A stretch of DNA of 64,000 bases from positions 960,001-1,024,000 of the forward strand of contig CAWHFW010000002.1 in assembly GCA_963828735.1 (NCBI GenBank), in the 5' to 3' direction. The translations under genes and the position numbers were made by a program. Of the stretch, positions 1 to 9,327 are shown piece by piece. The notes beneath the pieces were generated by a model. The model was not told the origin of the DNA, ran no database searches, and saw only the letters and a program-made list of their open reading frames with translations. The stretch comes from an uncultured Gemmatimonadales bacterium. Its GTDB lineage: Bacteria; Gemmatimonadota; Gemmatimonadetes; Gemmatimonadales; GWC2-71-9. Within the stretch, counting starts at the first letter, position 1, and each line of letters opens with the position of its first letter.

Positions 1-2102
1 TGACGCTCGAGAGCCCTGAGCCGGTGACCGCGCCGGGTCCCGCCGCGGCGCTCGACAGCTTGGCCGCGACACTCCGCCGGATGCCCGCAGCGCGCGGCAT
101 GGTGACGCCACGGGCCGGCTCGGGGCCGATTCGCGTCCCCCTGGTGAGCCGCGACGGCCGCGCAGCGGCGCTGCTGGTTGCCTTCGATCCGGCCAACACG
201 CGGCTCGACACGCTGGTCGCCCCCATCCGGAGCGCGCTCCGGGCCACGCTGGCCCGGCTGCCCGACGGCGAGCGCTACCGGGTCCTGGTCACCGGTCGGG
301 CCCCGCTCGATCGCGACGAGCGGCTGCTGGTCGCGAGTGACACCCGGCGCGGCGAGCTCCACGTCCTTCCGATCACCTTCCTCATCCTGGTCCTGGCCTT
401 CGGTGCGCTCGGCGCGGCGCTGCTGCCGGTCGGCATCGGCGCGCTCGGCGTGCCGGTCGCGCTGGTCGTGTTGGGCCTGCTCGCACGGGTGACGCCCGTT
501 TCAGTCGTCGCACTCACGATCGTGACGATGATCGGGCTCGGCGTCGGCATCGACTACTCGCTTCTGATGGTCACGCGCTTTCGAGAGGAGCTGGCGCGCT
601 CGGGCGACGCGGGCAAGGCCACGGAGCGGATGCTGGCGACCGCGGGGCGGGCGGTGGTCACCTCGGGCGCCACCGTCGTCATCGGGTTCGCCGCCCTGCT
701 GCTGACGCCGATGGTGGAGACCCGGAGCGTGGGCCTCGCGGGGATCGTGGTTGTGGCGGTGATGGTCCTGCTCGCCGTCACGCTGCTGCCGGCCGTGCTG
801 ATGCTTCTCGGACGGAATGTGGACTGGCCCCGCTGGCTGGCCGCCAGGCTCGCCTGGTATCGGCAGCCGACGCTGTGGACGCGGTGGGCCAGCGCCATCG
901 CACGGCGGCCGCTCACCGCCCTGCTCGCGGGCGCACTGGTCCTCGGTGCCGCCATCGCTCCCGTGTTCCATATGCGCGTGGGCCTTCCCGCGAACGACTG
1001 GTGGCCCAGGGCGACCGAGAGCGGCCAGGCCCTCTCGGTGCTCGAGCGCATCGGGGTCCGTGGCGTCGTGCAGCCGGTCCGCATCGTGGTGCAGGTCCCG
1101 CCCGGGGACCGCGTCACCTCCACGCTCCGCCTGCGCGGCCTGAAGGCGCTCAGCGACTCGCTCCGGCACGATCCGCGGATCGGCGGCGTGACCAGCCTGG
1201 TCGACCTCCGGCCGGGCACCGGCATCCTGCAATACTCCGTGCTCTACAGCGACCTGCCGGCGGCTCGCGCCGAGCACCGCGAGTTCCTCGACGCCTATCT
1301 CAGCCCCGACGCCCGCACCACCGTGGTCGACGCCATCGTGGCCGACACCACCTCGCTCACGACCACCATGGAGCTCGTGAGGCGGATCCGCGCGCTGCGC
1401 GACCGCATCGAGGTCGCGGACGGCATCCGCGGGCTCCGCGGGGCGCGGCTGCTCGTCGGCGGGTACGCGGCCGAGAACGTGGACTTCCAGCACGACCTGC
1501 TGCGGCGATTTCCGCTGCTGATCGCTCTCGTGCTGGGCACCACGGCGCTGATGCTGGGGGTGATCTTCCGGTCGCTGCTGATTCCGCTCAAGGCCATCCT
1601 GCTCAACTCGGCCTCGGTCGCGGCCACGTTCGGGATTCTGGTGCTCGCGTTCCAGGACGGCCACGGCGCGGGGCTGCTCGGCCTCGACGGGCCGGCGGCC
1701 GCGATCTACGTGGTGGTGCCGATCAGCGTCTTCGCGTCGGTGTTCGGGCTGAGCATGGACTACGAGGTCTTCCTGCTGGCGCGGATCAAGGAGGAGTACG
1801 ACAACCGGGGCGACAACACCGCGGCCACCGTCCACGGCCTCGCCGCCGTCGCCTCGACGATCACCTCGGCGGCGCTGATCATGGCCGTGGTGTTCGGCTA
1901 CTGGGCCTTCGGGCGCGTGCTGCTCACGCAGTTCATCGGCCTCGGCCTGGCGGTGGCCGTGGTACTCGACGCGACCCTGGTTCGCGTCCTGCTGGTGCCG
2001 GCGATCATGGGGCTGGCCGGACGCTGGAACTGGTGGCCGGGCGGCAGGCGAGCGGATGGCGCGGCCGTCGGCTACGCGGTGTCGCCGGACAGTGGATTTT
2101 GA
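1..2102 (+). CDS. MMPL/RND-family transporter (5' end probably outside the window)
   Basis: Two TM bundles with GLGVGIDYSL and FGLSMDYEVFLL motifs and a C-terminal NWWPG. The frame is open from position 3. Confidence 0.9.
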   Translation, partial: TLESPEPVTAPGPAAALDSLAATLRRMPAARGMVTPRAGSGPIRVPLVSRDGRAAALLVAFDPANTRLDTLVAPIRSALRATLARLPDGERYRVLVTGRAPLDRDERLLVASDTRRGELHVLPITFLILVLAFGALGAALLPVGIGALGVPVALVVLGLLARVTPVSVVALTIVTMIGLGVGIDYSLLMVTRFREELARSGDAGKATERMLATAGRAVVTSGATVVIGFAALLLTPMVETRSVGLAGIVVVAVMVLLAVTLLPAVLMLLGRNVDWPRWLAARLAWYRQPTLWTRWASAIARRPLTALLAGALVLGAAIAPVFHMRVGLPANDWWPRATESGQALSVLERIGVRGVVQPVRIVVQVPPGDRVTSTLRLRGLKALSDSLRHDPRIGGVTSLVDLRPGTGILQYSVLYSDLPAARAEHREFLDAYLSPDARTTVVDAIVADTTSLTTTMELVRRIRALRDRIEVADGIRGLRGARLLVGGYAAENVDFQHDLLRRFPLLIALVLGTTALMLGVIFRSLLIPLKAILLNSASVAATFGILVLAFQDGHGAGLLGLDGPAAAIYVVVPISVFASVFGLSMDYEVFLLARIKEEYDNRGDNTAATVHGLAAVASTITSAALIMAVVFGYWAFGRVLLTQFIGLGLAVAVVLDATLVRVLLVPAIMGLAGRWNWWPGGRRADGAAVGYAVSPDSGF

Positions 2103-2224
2103 AGAGGTTCGGCATCGGGGCGGCACTCGCGCTGCGCGCGAGGCGATTCATTGGTGACGGGTGGGCTGCCCCTGGGAAGGAGCGCGGCCCTAGGACGGGA
2201 TAACCAGGAGAGCTAGCTTGCGAC

Positions 2225-2461
2225 ATGCCGAATAATGCGAGTGATCCAAAGGCACTGACATACGGCGAGGTGCGGGCAGCTTTGAGCCGCCAAGCTGCGT
2301 TCGAGAGCCATCAGGAAGGGGTCGGGAAGTCTCCGTCTTACGTCCTCCACGTCAGGCCGCACAGTAGCCGCTATGAACCATTCACCCTGACTGGACCTGA
2401 TCCCACCGAACTGCTCCGCGAGGCACTAACGCACCTGGCGCACACTCAGGCGCCGCGGTAA
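2225..2461 (+). CDS. Hypothetical 78-aa protein
   Basis: ATG preceded by TAGCTT (-10-like, 2214-2219) 5 nt upstream. Globular-looking composition, no recognised motif. Confidence 0.5.
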   Translation: MPNNASDPKALTYGEVRAALSRQAAFESHQEGVGKSPSYVLHVRPHSSRYEPFTLTGPDPTELLREALTHLAHTQAPR

Positions 2462-2519
2462 CGCTCCGGGTAACAGACCCCACCAGCGCCAGCCAACACC
2501 ATCCAGCGACCTGACTCGG

Positions 2520-2590
2520 TGGCGCGATGCGCTTAGGTGCGCGTAGATCCGCTTCACCATCTCGTCCGACTGATGGCCGAGCTCGCGCGG
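2520..2590 (-). pseudogene. Tyrosine recombinase/integrase C-terminal remnant
   Basis: Translates RELGHQSDEMVKRIYAHL, matching the box II LGH...catalytic Tyr pattern. The upstream catalytic R and HxxR are absent. Confidence 0.6.
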
Positions 2591-2869
2591 CAGAAAGACA
2601 ACTCGCAAGAATGTCAGTGGCCCATTTCGGCTGACCGCCTCTTCTGCAGCGCACAATTCCGTGCCGTTGCTGGCGATCGCGCGCTCGCGAAGCCACTTTC
2701 AAGGCATTCTTCCCAAGGCCCGACGGTGACCAGCGTGACGGGCTCACCTTGGCCGCCCAGCGCGATCGCTAGAGGTTCGACTGCAAGCGTGGGCGTCGTT
2801 TGCGAGTCCCGGCTCGCAGTTTGGGAGGACTCTTCTCTTACGCTGGGTCAAATCGCCTTGGAGGCTCCG

Positions 2870-4873
2870 ATGCCGCTCCGCACCCGTCTCGGCGCTCTCG
2901 TGCTCGCCGCCGCCTCCCTGCTCTCGCTGATGTCCTGCAGCCGCGCCGTCAGTTCGAGTACAGTCGCCACAAGCTCGGCCCCGGAGCACCTCATCACAGA
3001 CACTCCGAAGAAGACCGTGGGGGGAGCCACTTTCGTCGCTCCCGCTGAGTGGATCTTTTCGGTACGCGGTCCTGCCACGATCCTCGCGGCGCCCGAGGGC
3101 GACTCGCACATCGCGCTCGTTGATGTGCGTGCCCCCAGCGCCGATTCGGCCGTGGCGCTCGCCTGGGCTTCATACAAGCCCGACCATAAGTGGCCGCTCA
3201 AGGTCGTCACACCTGCGCCCGACAAGGATGGCTGGGCCGAACGATACAGCTACACGTACCAGACCTCGCCCGACGAGAAGCGCAGCGTCGGCGCGTATCC
3301 GCAGCGTGGCCAGGACGGCTGGACGGTCGCCGTCTATGACGTGAGCGACGCGACGGGCGAAAAACGCCTCGCCGCGGTGGAGCTCATCTTCGACCGGCTC
3401 CTGCCCAAGGGCTTCGTCAGGGAGTCGTTTGCTGGAAGGAAGGCCGCAGTCCTCGACGCCGCGCGACTCGCGAAGCTCGCAAAGTTCACCGAGGACGCCA
3501 TGAAGGAGCTCCGCGTCCCGGGCGTGGCCGTTGGTATCGTCCAGGACGGCAAGGTGGTCTTCGCCGACGGATTCGGTGTTCGCGAGGTCGGCAAGCCGGA
3601 GAAGCCCGACGCGAACACGGTGTTCATGGTGGCATCCAACACCAAGGCGCTCACCACGCTGATGCTTGGCAAGCTCGTTGACGCGAACAAGTTCGGGTGG
3701 GAGACGCCCGTCACCTCGCTCCTCCCCTCGTTCAAGCTTGGCGACACCACCACCACCCGGCAGGTGCTCGTGAAGCACCTCATCTGTGCCTGCACCGGAC
3801 TCCCGCGGCAGGACCTCGAATGGCTGTTTGAATTCAAGGATGCCACCCCCGAATCCGCGCTCAGGACGCTCGGGACGATGCAGCCCACCAGCAAGTTCGG
3901 GGAGATGTTCCAGTACTCGAATCCGCTGGCCGCCGCGGCCGGCTACACTGGCGGCCACGTGGCCTTCCCCGACCTCGAGCTGGGCGCCGCCTATGACGAA
4001 GCCATGCGCACGCTCGTCTTTCAGCCGCTGGGCATGACCTCGACGACGTTCGACTACGCCAAGGCGCTCTCGGGCAATCACGCGTCACCGCACTCGCCCG
4101 ACATCGACGGCAAGACCAATGTCGCGGCAATGGACATCAACTACTCCATCATACCCCTGCGCCCCGCCGGCGCCGCGTGGAGCAACGTGCACGACATGCT
4201 CGAGTACGTCACCATGGAGCTCGCCGAGGGCAGGCTGCCTGACGGCACGCAGTACATCCGCAGAGAGCCCCTCCTCGCGCGCCGAGCACCGCAAGTGCCC
4301 ATCGGGAAGGAGGCAACGTATGGGATGGGTCTCATGGTGGACACCAAGTACGAAACACCCGTGGTGCACCACGGTGGCGACCTGGTCGGGTTCCACAGCG
4401 ACATGATGTGGCTGCCGGAGCACGGCGTGGGTGCCGTGGTGCTCACGAACGGTGACCCGGGCTGGATGCTTCGCACTGTCTTCCGGCGCAAGCTCCTGGA
4501 GGTCCTTTTCGACGGTCGGGACGAGGCGGACGCCGACGTGGCGTCGCAGGCGAAGAGCTTCTACGCTCAGCTCGCCGCTGACCGGAAGCTCCTCACCGTT
4601 CCGGCCGATACTGCCGAGGCATCGAAGCTCGCCGGGCACTTCCACAACGACGCCCTGGGCGACATCGACGTGCGCCGCGATGGCGGCCGAACCGTGTTCG
4701 ACTTCGGCGAGTTTCGGAGTGAGGTCGGGTCGCGGAAGAACCCGGACGGTTCGATCTCCTTCCTCACCCTCGACCCTGGTGTCCAGGGCTTTGAGTTCGT
4801 GGTGAGCGGGGGTTCTGGGCAGCGGCTAACGATTCGGGATGCGCAACACGAGTACATCTTCACCGGGTCGTGA
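2870..4873 (+). CDS. Serine hydrolase, beta-lactamase/PBP class C-like family, lipoprotein
   Basis: SxxK (SNTK), YSN and HGG motifs. Lipobox LMSC after a hydrophobic signal. GGAGG upstream of ATG 2870. Confidence 0.88.
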   Translation: MPLRTRLGALVLAAASLLSLMSCSRAVSSSTVATSSAPEHLITDTPKKTVGGATFVAPAEWIFSVRGPATILAAPEGDSHIALVDVRAPSADSAVALAWASYKPDHKWPLKVVTPAPDKDGWAERYSYTYQTSPDEKRSVGAYPQRGQDGWTVAVYDVSDATGEKRLAAVELIFDRLLPKGFVRESFAGRKAAVLDAARLAKLAKFTEDAMKELRVPGVAVGIVQDGKVVFADGFGVREVGKPEKPDANTVFMVASNTKALTTLMLGKLVDANKFGWETPVTSLLPSFKLGDTTTTRQVLVKHLICACTGLPRQDLEWLFEFKDATPESALRTLGTMQPTSKFGEMFQYSNPLAAAAGYTGGHVAFPDLELGAAYDEAMRTLVFQPLGMTSTTFDYAKALSGNHASPHSPDIDGKTNVAAMDINYSIIPLRPAGAAWSNVHDMLEYVTMELAEGRLPDGTQYIRREPLLARRAPQVPIGKEATYGMGLMVDTKYETPVVHHGGDLVGFHSDMMWLPEHGVGAVVLTNGDPGWMLRTVFRRKLLEVLFDGRDEADADVASQAKSFYAQLAADRKLLTVPADTAEASKLAGHFHNDALGDIDVRRDGGRTVFDFGEFRSEVGSRKNPDGSISFLTLDPGVQGFEFVVSGGSGQRLTIRDAQHEYIFTGS

Positions 4874-4888
4874 TGCGTGGAGAAAACC

Positions 4889-5272
4889 TCAGCGTCTTTG
4901 CATGAGGACCAACAGCGACACCGCCTCGAGCAGGGCGTCGGGACTGAATGGCTTCGGCAGGAAGGGACCCGGGTAGTCGGGGGCTGGCCCGCCCTGACCT
5001 GAGACGAGCAGGAGTGGCACTGCGGGCCACCGGTCCGCCAGGAGGGCCGCCAACTCAATGCCCGTCATCTCTGGCATGGCGATGTCGCTCACCACGAGCT
5101 GCACCGCGCCATCGAGCGCCGAGAGCAGGCTCACCGCCTCCGCCGCGCTGTGAGCCTCCAACACACGAAAACCCGCCTCCGCCAGGACACGGGCTGTGTA
5201 ACGACACACCATATCCTCGTCATCCACCACCAACACAACTCGCTCGGGAAGAGAACGAGCAGCGGTGCCCAT
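4889..5272 (-). CDS. Single-domain response regulator receiver
   Basis: VLVVDDE, SDIAMPEMTG and FLPKPF motifs. Confidence 0.9.
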   Translation of the reverse strand: MGTAARSLPERVVLVVDDEDMVCRYTARVLAEAGFRVLEAHSAAEAVSLLSALDGAVQLVVSDIAMPEMTGIELAALLADRWPAVPLLLVSGQGGPAPDYPGPFLPKPFSPDALLEAVSLLVLMQRR

Positions 5273-5450
5273 CGGCGACGCCTCGGGATTGCGGGGATGT
5301 TCCCCAATTTACCGTTCCCGCCTCGACCCGCTAGACCGCCTGAACTGCCTTTGAACTCCTCCTTCCCGCGCCTACGCCTGGGGCCCGAGGGGTCCTTTCA
5401 TACTGAGCAATCCGGTCAGCTAGCCGCAGGGGGTGCGGGCCACCGTAGCT

Positions 5451-5882
5451 CTATCGCACCACGACCGGGAGCGGCAGCGGGTGCGGGGCCGGCCCGTTGA
5501 TTGTCCGCCACATATTGAGAATGAAAAGGTAGGCGCCCAAGGCGGAGAGTACGCCGCCGGCCGCGAGGGTGGGAATCGCTCCCATGCCGAGATGCGGCCG
5601 CAGACCGAAGCCGACGACCATCGTGGCCAGCCCCAGGTTCGCGAGGGCCCAGTGCAGGGCCGGGAGCTGGCGGTAGAACAGTGGATGGCCACTGAAGCGC
5701 GGCAGCACGTGGTAGGCGACGCCATAGATCATCATGGTCACGAACCCGAGCAGATTCATGTGGACGTGTGCGGGACGGTAGACGATCCAGGCCGGCTCGG
5801 CGGCCATCGCGACGCCGAGCGTCACTCCCAAGCCCAGCCACGCCAGGCTCGCCTTGATGAACGCGCGAACGAACCACTCCAC
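5451..5882 (-). CDS. 4-TM membrane protein with conserved His (haem-copper oxidase subunit I/NnrS-like fragment family)
   Basis: AHVHMNLLGFVTMMIYGVAYHVLPRF motif. GAGGAGG RBS before GTG. Confidence 0.75.
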   Translation of the reverse strand: MEWFVRAFIKASLAWLGLGVTLGVAMAAEPAWIVYRPAHVHMNLLGFVTMMIYGVAYHVLPRFSGHPLFYRQLPALHWALANLGLATMVVGFGLRPHLGMGAIPTLAAGGVLSALGAYLFILNMWRTINGPAPHPLPLPVVVR

Positions 5883-5892
5883 TCGGACCTCC

Positions 5893-6225
5893 TCAGCGGC
5901 TCGACGGCCGCGGGGCGATGACGGCCAGCACTCTCAGCTCCTCGACGGGTGCCCGCATCCCGTGGGGTTCCCGGGGTTCGTAAGCGATGACCGCGCCGGC
6001 GCTCACCTCACGCTCACCTTCGCTGCCGCTCACCACCCCGGACCCCGATAAGACGTAGAGGACGACCGTAGACGCCGAGGTGTGCGCCGGCACGGCCTGG
6101 CCCACGGCAATGCGGAAGACGACGAGCCTCGCGTCCGGCCCGTCGTGCATGAGCGCCATCGCCGGCCGGTCCGGATGCGCCGCGACCGCCGTTCCCGCGA
6201 CGGCCCCAGGATCGTAGACTCTCAC
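5893..6225 (-). CDS. Cupin-domain protein
   Basis: GQAVPAHT...VLSGSG and EPREPHGM cupin motifs. GTGA overlap with the upstream stop. Confidence 0.82.
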   Translation of the reverse strand: MRVYDPGAVAGTAVAAHPDRPAMALMHDGPDARLVVFRIAVGQAVPAHTSASTVVLYVLSGSGVVSGSEGEREVSAGAVIAYEPREPHGMRAPVEELRVLAVIAPRPSSR

Positions 6226-6416
6226 CCGTCGTTCGTCCCCAACACCGGCTCGAGCACGGCACGCAGCTTCTCGGGCTTCAGGCCGACGGTGTCCGCGGCC
6301 TCGCGGAGCGTCACGGTCCCACCACAACAGGTGTCGATGCCCAGGCGATTGAAGGCTTCCCCGAGGTGCGGCGCGGCACGCAGAGCCTCATTCACCGTCC
6401 ACTGTAGCACGTCCAT
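6222..6416 (-). CDS. Stand-alone DUF542 (ScdA/YtfE N-terminal) protein
   Basis: LGIDTCCGG motif in a 64-aa protein. GGAG RBS. Confidence 0.85.
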   Translation of the reverse strand: MDVLQWTVNEALRAAPHLGEAFNRLGIDTCCGGTVTLREAADTVGLKPEKLRAVLEPVLGTNDG

Positions 6417-6494
6417 GTATCTCCGCCGGTAAGGCTGTTCGCGGAGATTAGCGTGCGGCCATGAAGCAGCCCCAAAGGATCAATGAGGATTTCT

Positions 6495-7547
6495 TCACCG
6501 GTTGGCGGGAGGTGCGAGGGCTCGGAGCACCCCCACCGCCCCTTTGGTGGCGTCCGCGAAAGCGTGGCTGACGAAGGGGTAGTCGCCGGGCTCGCGCAGG
6601 CGCACCTCGAAGATGGTACCTCCACCCACTGGGACGTCCACCGTTTGGACCCCGCGGAGAGGACTGGCACGCGACCCATCCTGAAGGACGCGCTCGAAGA
6701 TTCCGCCCACGACGTGAAACGACGAGATGCGGTTAGGGCCGGCGTTCACCACATAGAGGCGAACCAGCTCGCCGGGAGCGACCTCGAGCGGGTGCTCGGC
6801 GTACTGGGAAGCCCTGCCGTTGAAGACGACGTGGTCGGGGGCGAGCCCGAGCAGCTTACCCCAGTCCAGCGTATGCGCGCCGTCGGCACCGGGTTTCGGA
6901 GCGAAGTAGAACTCGCTCTGGACCAGGAAGAACTCCTTCGCCTTGGGCTCCGGCGTGGCCGGATCGACGATGAGGGCACCGTACATCCCGTTCGCGATGT
7001 GCATCGCCACCGGTGCCGTGCCGCAGTGATACAGGAAGGCGCCCGGGACGCGGGCCACGAAGCGATAGTGGAGCGAGTCGCCCGGCATCACGTTCACGTA
7101 GTACTTGCTGGGGGCGAGTTCGGCGGCGTGGAAGTCCATGCTGTGCGGAATATTCGCGTGGTTCACCACCGTGAAGTCGACCGTGTCGCCCTGTCCCACG
7201 TGAAGCGCGGGTCCCGGGACGCGGCCGCCGAACGTCCATGCAGCGTACGTCGCGCCCGGAGCGACGTTCAGGGTGACGTGTCGCATCTCGAGCCGGATAC
7301 GATGGAGACGGCTGCGCTCCCGAGGCGGCAGGCGGGCCTCGATAGGCGCCGGCGTCGCGCCGGGCCCGCCGACGGGCGCCTCGCCGTGGGAGACGTTCGC
7401 CGGCGGGATGCTTTCCGGCGCTTGGGACCCGGCAGCAGCATTCCCTTGGCGAGCGGTCGGAGCTGCGGCACCGGCGCGATCGTTCGACGACGGGCGGCAG
7501 GCCAGGACGAGCAGTCCCCACCCCACCAATCGCAGGTAACGTGGCAT
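6495..7547 (-). CDS. nirK: Copper-containing nitrite reductase, lipoprotein
   Basis: HSMDFH, YHC, HIANGM, SSFHVVG and VSH supply all T1/T2 Cu ligands plus the catalytic Asp and His. Lipobox VLAC. Confidence 0.85.
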   Translation of the reverse strand: MPRYLRLVGWGLLVLACRPSSNDRAGAAAPTARQGNAAAGSQAPESIPPANVSHGEAPVGGPGATPAPIEARLPPRERSRLHRIRLEMRHVTLNVAPGATYAAWTFGGRVPGPALHVGQGDTVDFTVVNHANIPHSMDFHAAELAPSKYYVNVMPGDSLHYRFVARVPGAFLYHCGTAPVAMHIANGMYGALIVDPATPEPKAKEFFLVQSEFYFAPKPGADGAHTLDWGKLLGLAPDHVVFNGRASQYAEHPLEVAPGELVRLYVVNAGPNRISSFHVVGGIFERVLQDGSRASPLRGVQTVDVPVGGGTIFEVRLREPGDYPFVSHAFADATKGAVGVLRALAPPANR

Positions 7548-7746
7548 TGGGTTCTCCGAATCGAGGCGTGGCGGCCAGAACATGGTACGGTATATGGCGC
7601 TGGATCGGATCGGGCACGCGCTTCCACGATGTCGGCCGGATCGTCGGGTCGACTAGGGGGCGCTCCGCTGTCTTGAGAGCCGGCTGAACCTCGTCGAGCA
7701 GGCCAAGCAGTGGGCTGGCTGGCAGCGGATGACGACGTGTCGATGC

Positions 7747-8784
7747 CTAGCCCGCGGTGGTATCGCTCGCGCCGGTGGTATCGCCTGGTGTGGTCGTATC
7801 GGGCGGCGTGGGATGGCGAAGGCATGACGTGCCGCCTCGCGCCGCGGCGGCGACGGCGATCGTGTCCAGCGCGGCGCGTATGTCGGGGCGCCGCTCGTAC
7901 TCGGGATCGTGACGCCAAATGAAGAAGGCGCAGGCGTACGGCGTGTCCGCTAGAGTGACGCCGGCGTGCTGCAACTCCGCTCCGGTCATTCGCCAGTGCC
8001 CCTGTCTCGTGCCCGGGATTCCACTCGACCCATCGCCACCATTGACCACGTTCAGTCCAAAGATGAGCCCCAGCCCGAGCTCCTTGGCATACGCCACGTT
8101 TTCGTCCCGGAACTCCTCGGGGGTGCGTCCCGCGCCGCCGCCCTGCAGCGGCCCGGCCCACTGAGGCCATGCGATATCCAGATAGTGCCAGTCAAAGCCT
8201 CGTAGAAGACGAGGGCGAACGCCGCCCACTGTGGTCGGCAAGGATGGCCATATCGACTTGGAGTAGTGCGCCATCTCCTCGATCTCTTCCATCGATATCG
8301 CACGGCCTCCCCAGGTGCCAGGCGACAGTGGCTCGTCCACGAGATAATGGGCCAGCACGAGCCCTTCCGTGACGTAAGGGGCGAAATCGACATCTCGGTA
8401 CTGGTCGATCTCGCGCTTCCACAGCTCGAGATTGAATGTGCCGTCCGGGTTTACATAACGCCGTTGGCCACCGGCCAGATTGAGCACGAGGCGAATCTTG
8501 GTGCTCTGCGCACTCCGAAGAAGAGCCGGAAGGCTGCTCCGCCTTGTCGCCGTGACAGCGCCCGTATACGGACGGCCGAACTCGGACTCCTGTGGATCGA
8601 ACTGCCCCAGCGGGATCCCCTGCCCCACACCGGCGAAGGACGAGTCGGGACCTCCCGGACCGGCGTCCGGGAACTCATTCGATTGTCGCTGCTCGAGGAT
8701 GTCACATGCGGTGACGAGCAGAGCGAACGAGATGCACGCGCATACCCAGCCACTACGGGAAGGGCAGACCCTGATCTGCTTCAT
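7747..8784 (-). CDS. Hypothetical lipoprotein, possibly TIM-barrel glycoside-hydrolase-like
   Basis: Lipobox VTAC. YLVDEP resembles the clan GH-A NEP motif. C-terminal DTT repeats. Start uncertain (8784 or 8817). Confidence 0.65.
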   Translation of the reverse strand: MKQIRVCPSRSGWVCACISFALLVTACDILEQRQSNEFPDAGPGGPDSSFAGVGQGIPLGQFDPQESEFGRPYTGAVTATRRSSLPALLRSAQSTKIRLVLNLAGGQRRYVNPDGTFNLELWKREIDQYRDVDFAPYVTEGLVLAHYLVDEPLSPGTWGGRAISMEEIEEMAHYSKSIWPSLPTTVGGVRPRLLRGFDWHYLDIAWPQWAGPLQGGGAGRTPEEFRDENVAYAKELGLGLIFGLNVVNGGDGSSGIPGTRQGHWRMTGAELQHAGVTLADTPYACAFFIWRHDPEYERRPDIRAALDTIAVAAAARGGTSCLRHPTPPDTTTPGDTTGASDTTAG

Positions 8785-9327
8785 GAGCGCTACGGCCTGA
8801 TCGGTCTTTCCGTCCACCTTGAAGCCCCGGACTCCGGCACCTACGGTGTAGGTCGGCGACTTGATGACGATGCCCCTTCGCCGTCTCGATGGCGGCGGGC
8901 CTACCCCAGGCGGACTTGAACTCAGGTGATGAGCGGCGTGTCAGAGGGGGAGTCGCTCAACCATGCGCCGTCCGACGGAGTCGTGCCATTGAACCTTGGT
9001 CGAGGTTGGATCCGTTCAATACGACGTAGTCGGGAAATCGACATCGCCAGGTCAGTGGTCAGAACTGGAACACGATCCTGAGCTTGGGGTTGGTGTCGGG
9101 AACGTTCGCAATTGTAACGGCGTGAGCCTCGGGAGTTTCGGCTGGCCTAGTTTGGAGTGTCAGACGGCATGGTGCGCTCCTCGCCTAGGCTTGTCGGTCC
9201 CGATGTGTTGCCCTCGAATCGATGGCCTCGACGCGTCGGTGGGGTGGTCGCTCGCGTACGCTCCTTTCTTAAGGAGAGCCGTCTGGTTGCGGCTGAAACA
9301 GTTGGACCTTGGGCCACAGGAGGGCGT

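Noticed and set aside
2080..2200. tRNA or att core at the island edge
   Set aside because: No cloverleaf, T-loop or CCA could be built on either strand.
6470..6495. FNR/DNR box upstream of the DUF542 gene
   Set aside because: Only one TTGAT half-site is present. An imperfect Rrf2-like palindrome there is too weak to call.
9270..9322. Glycine riboswitch upstream of solA
   Set aside because: GGAGA-stem-UGAA is suggestive, but the GCCGAAG and CUCUCAGG core and a second aptamer are missing.
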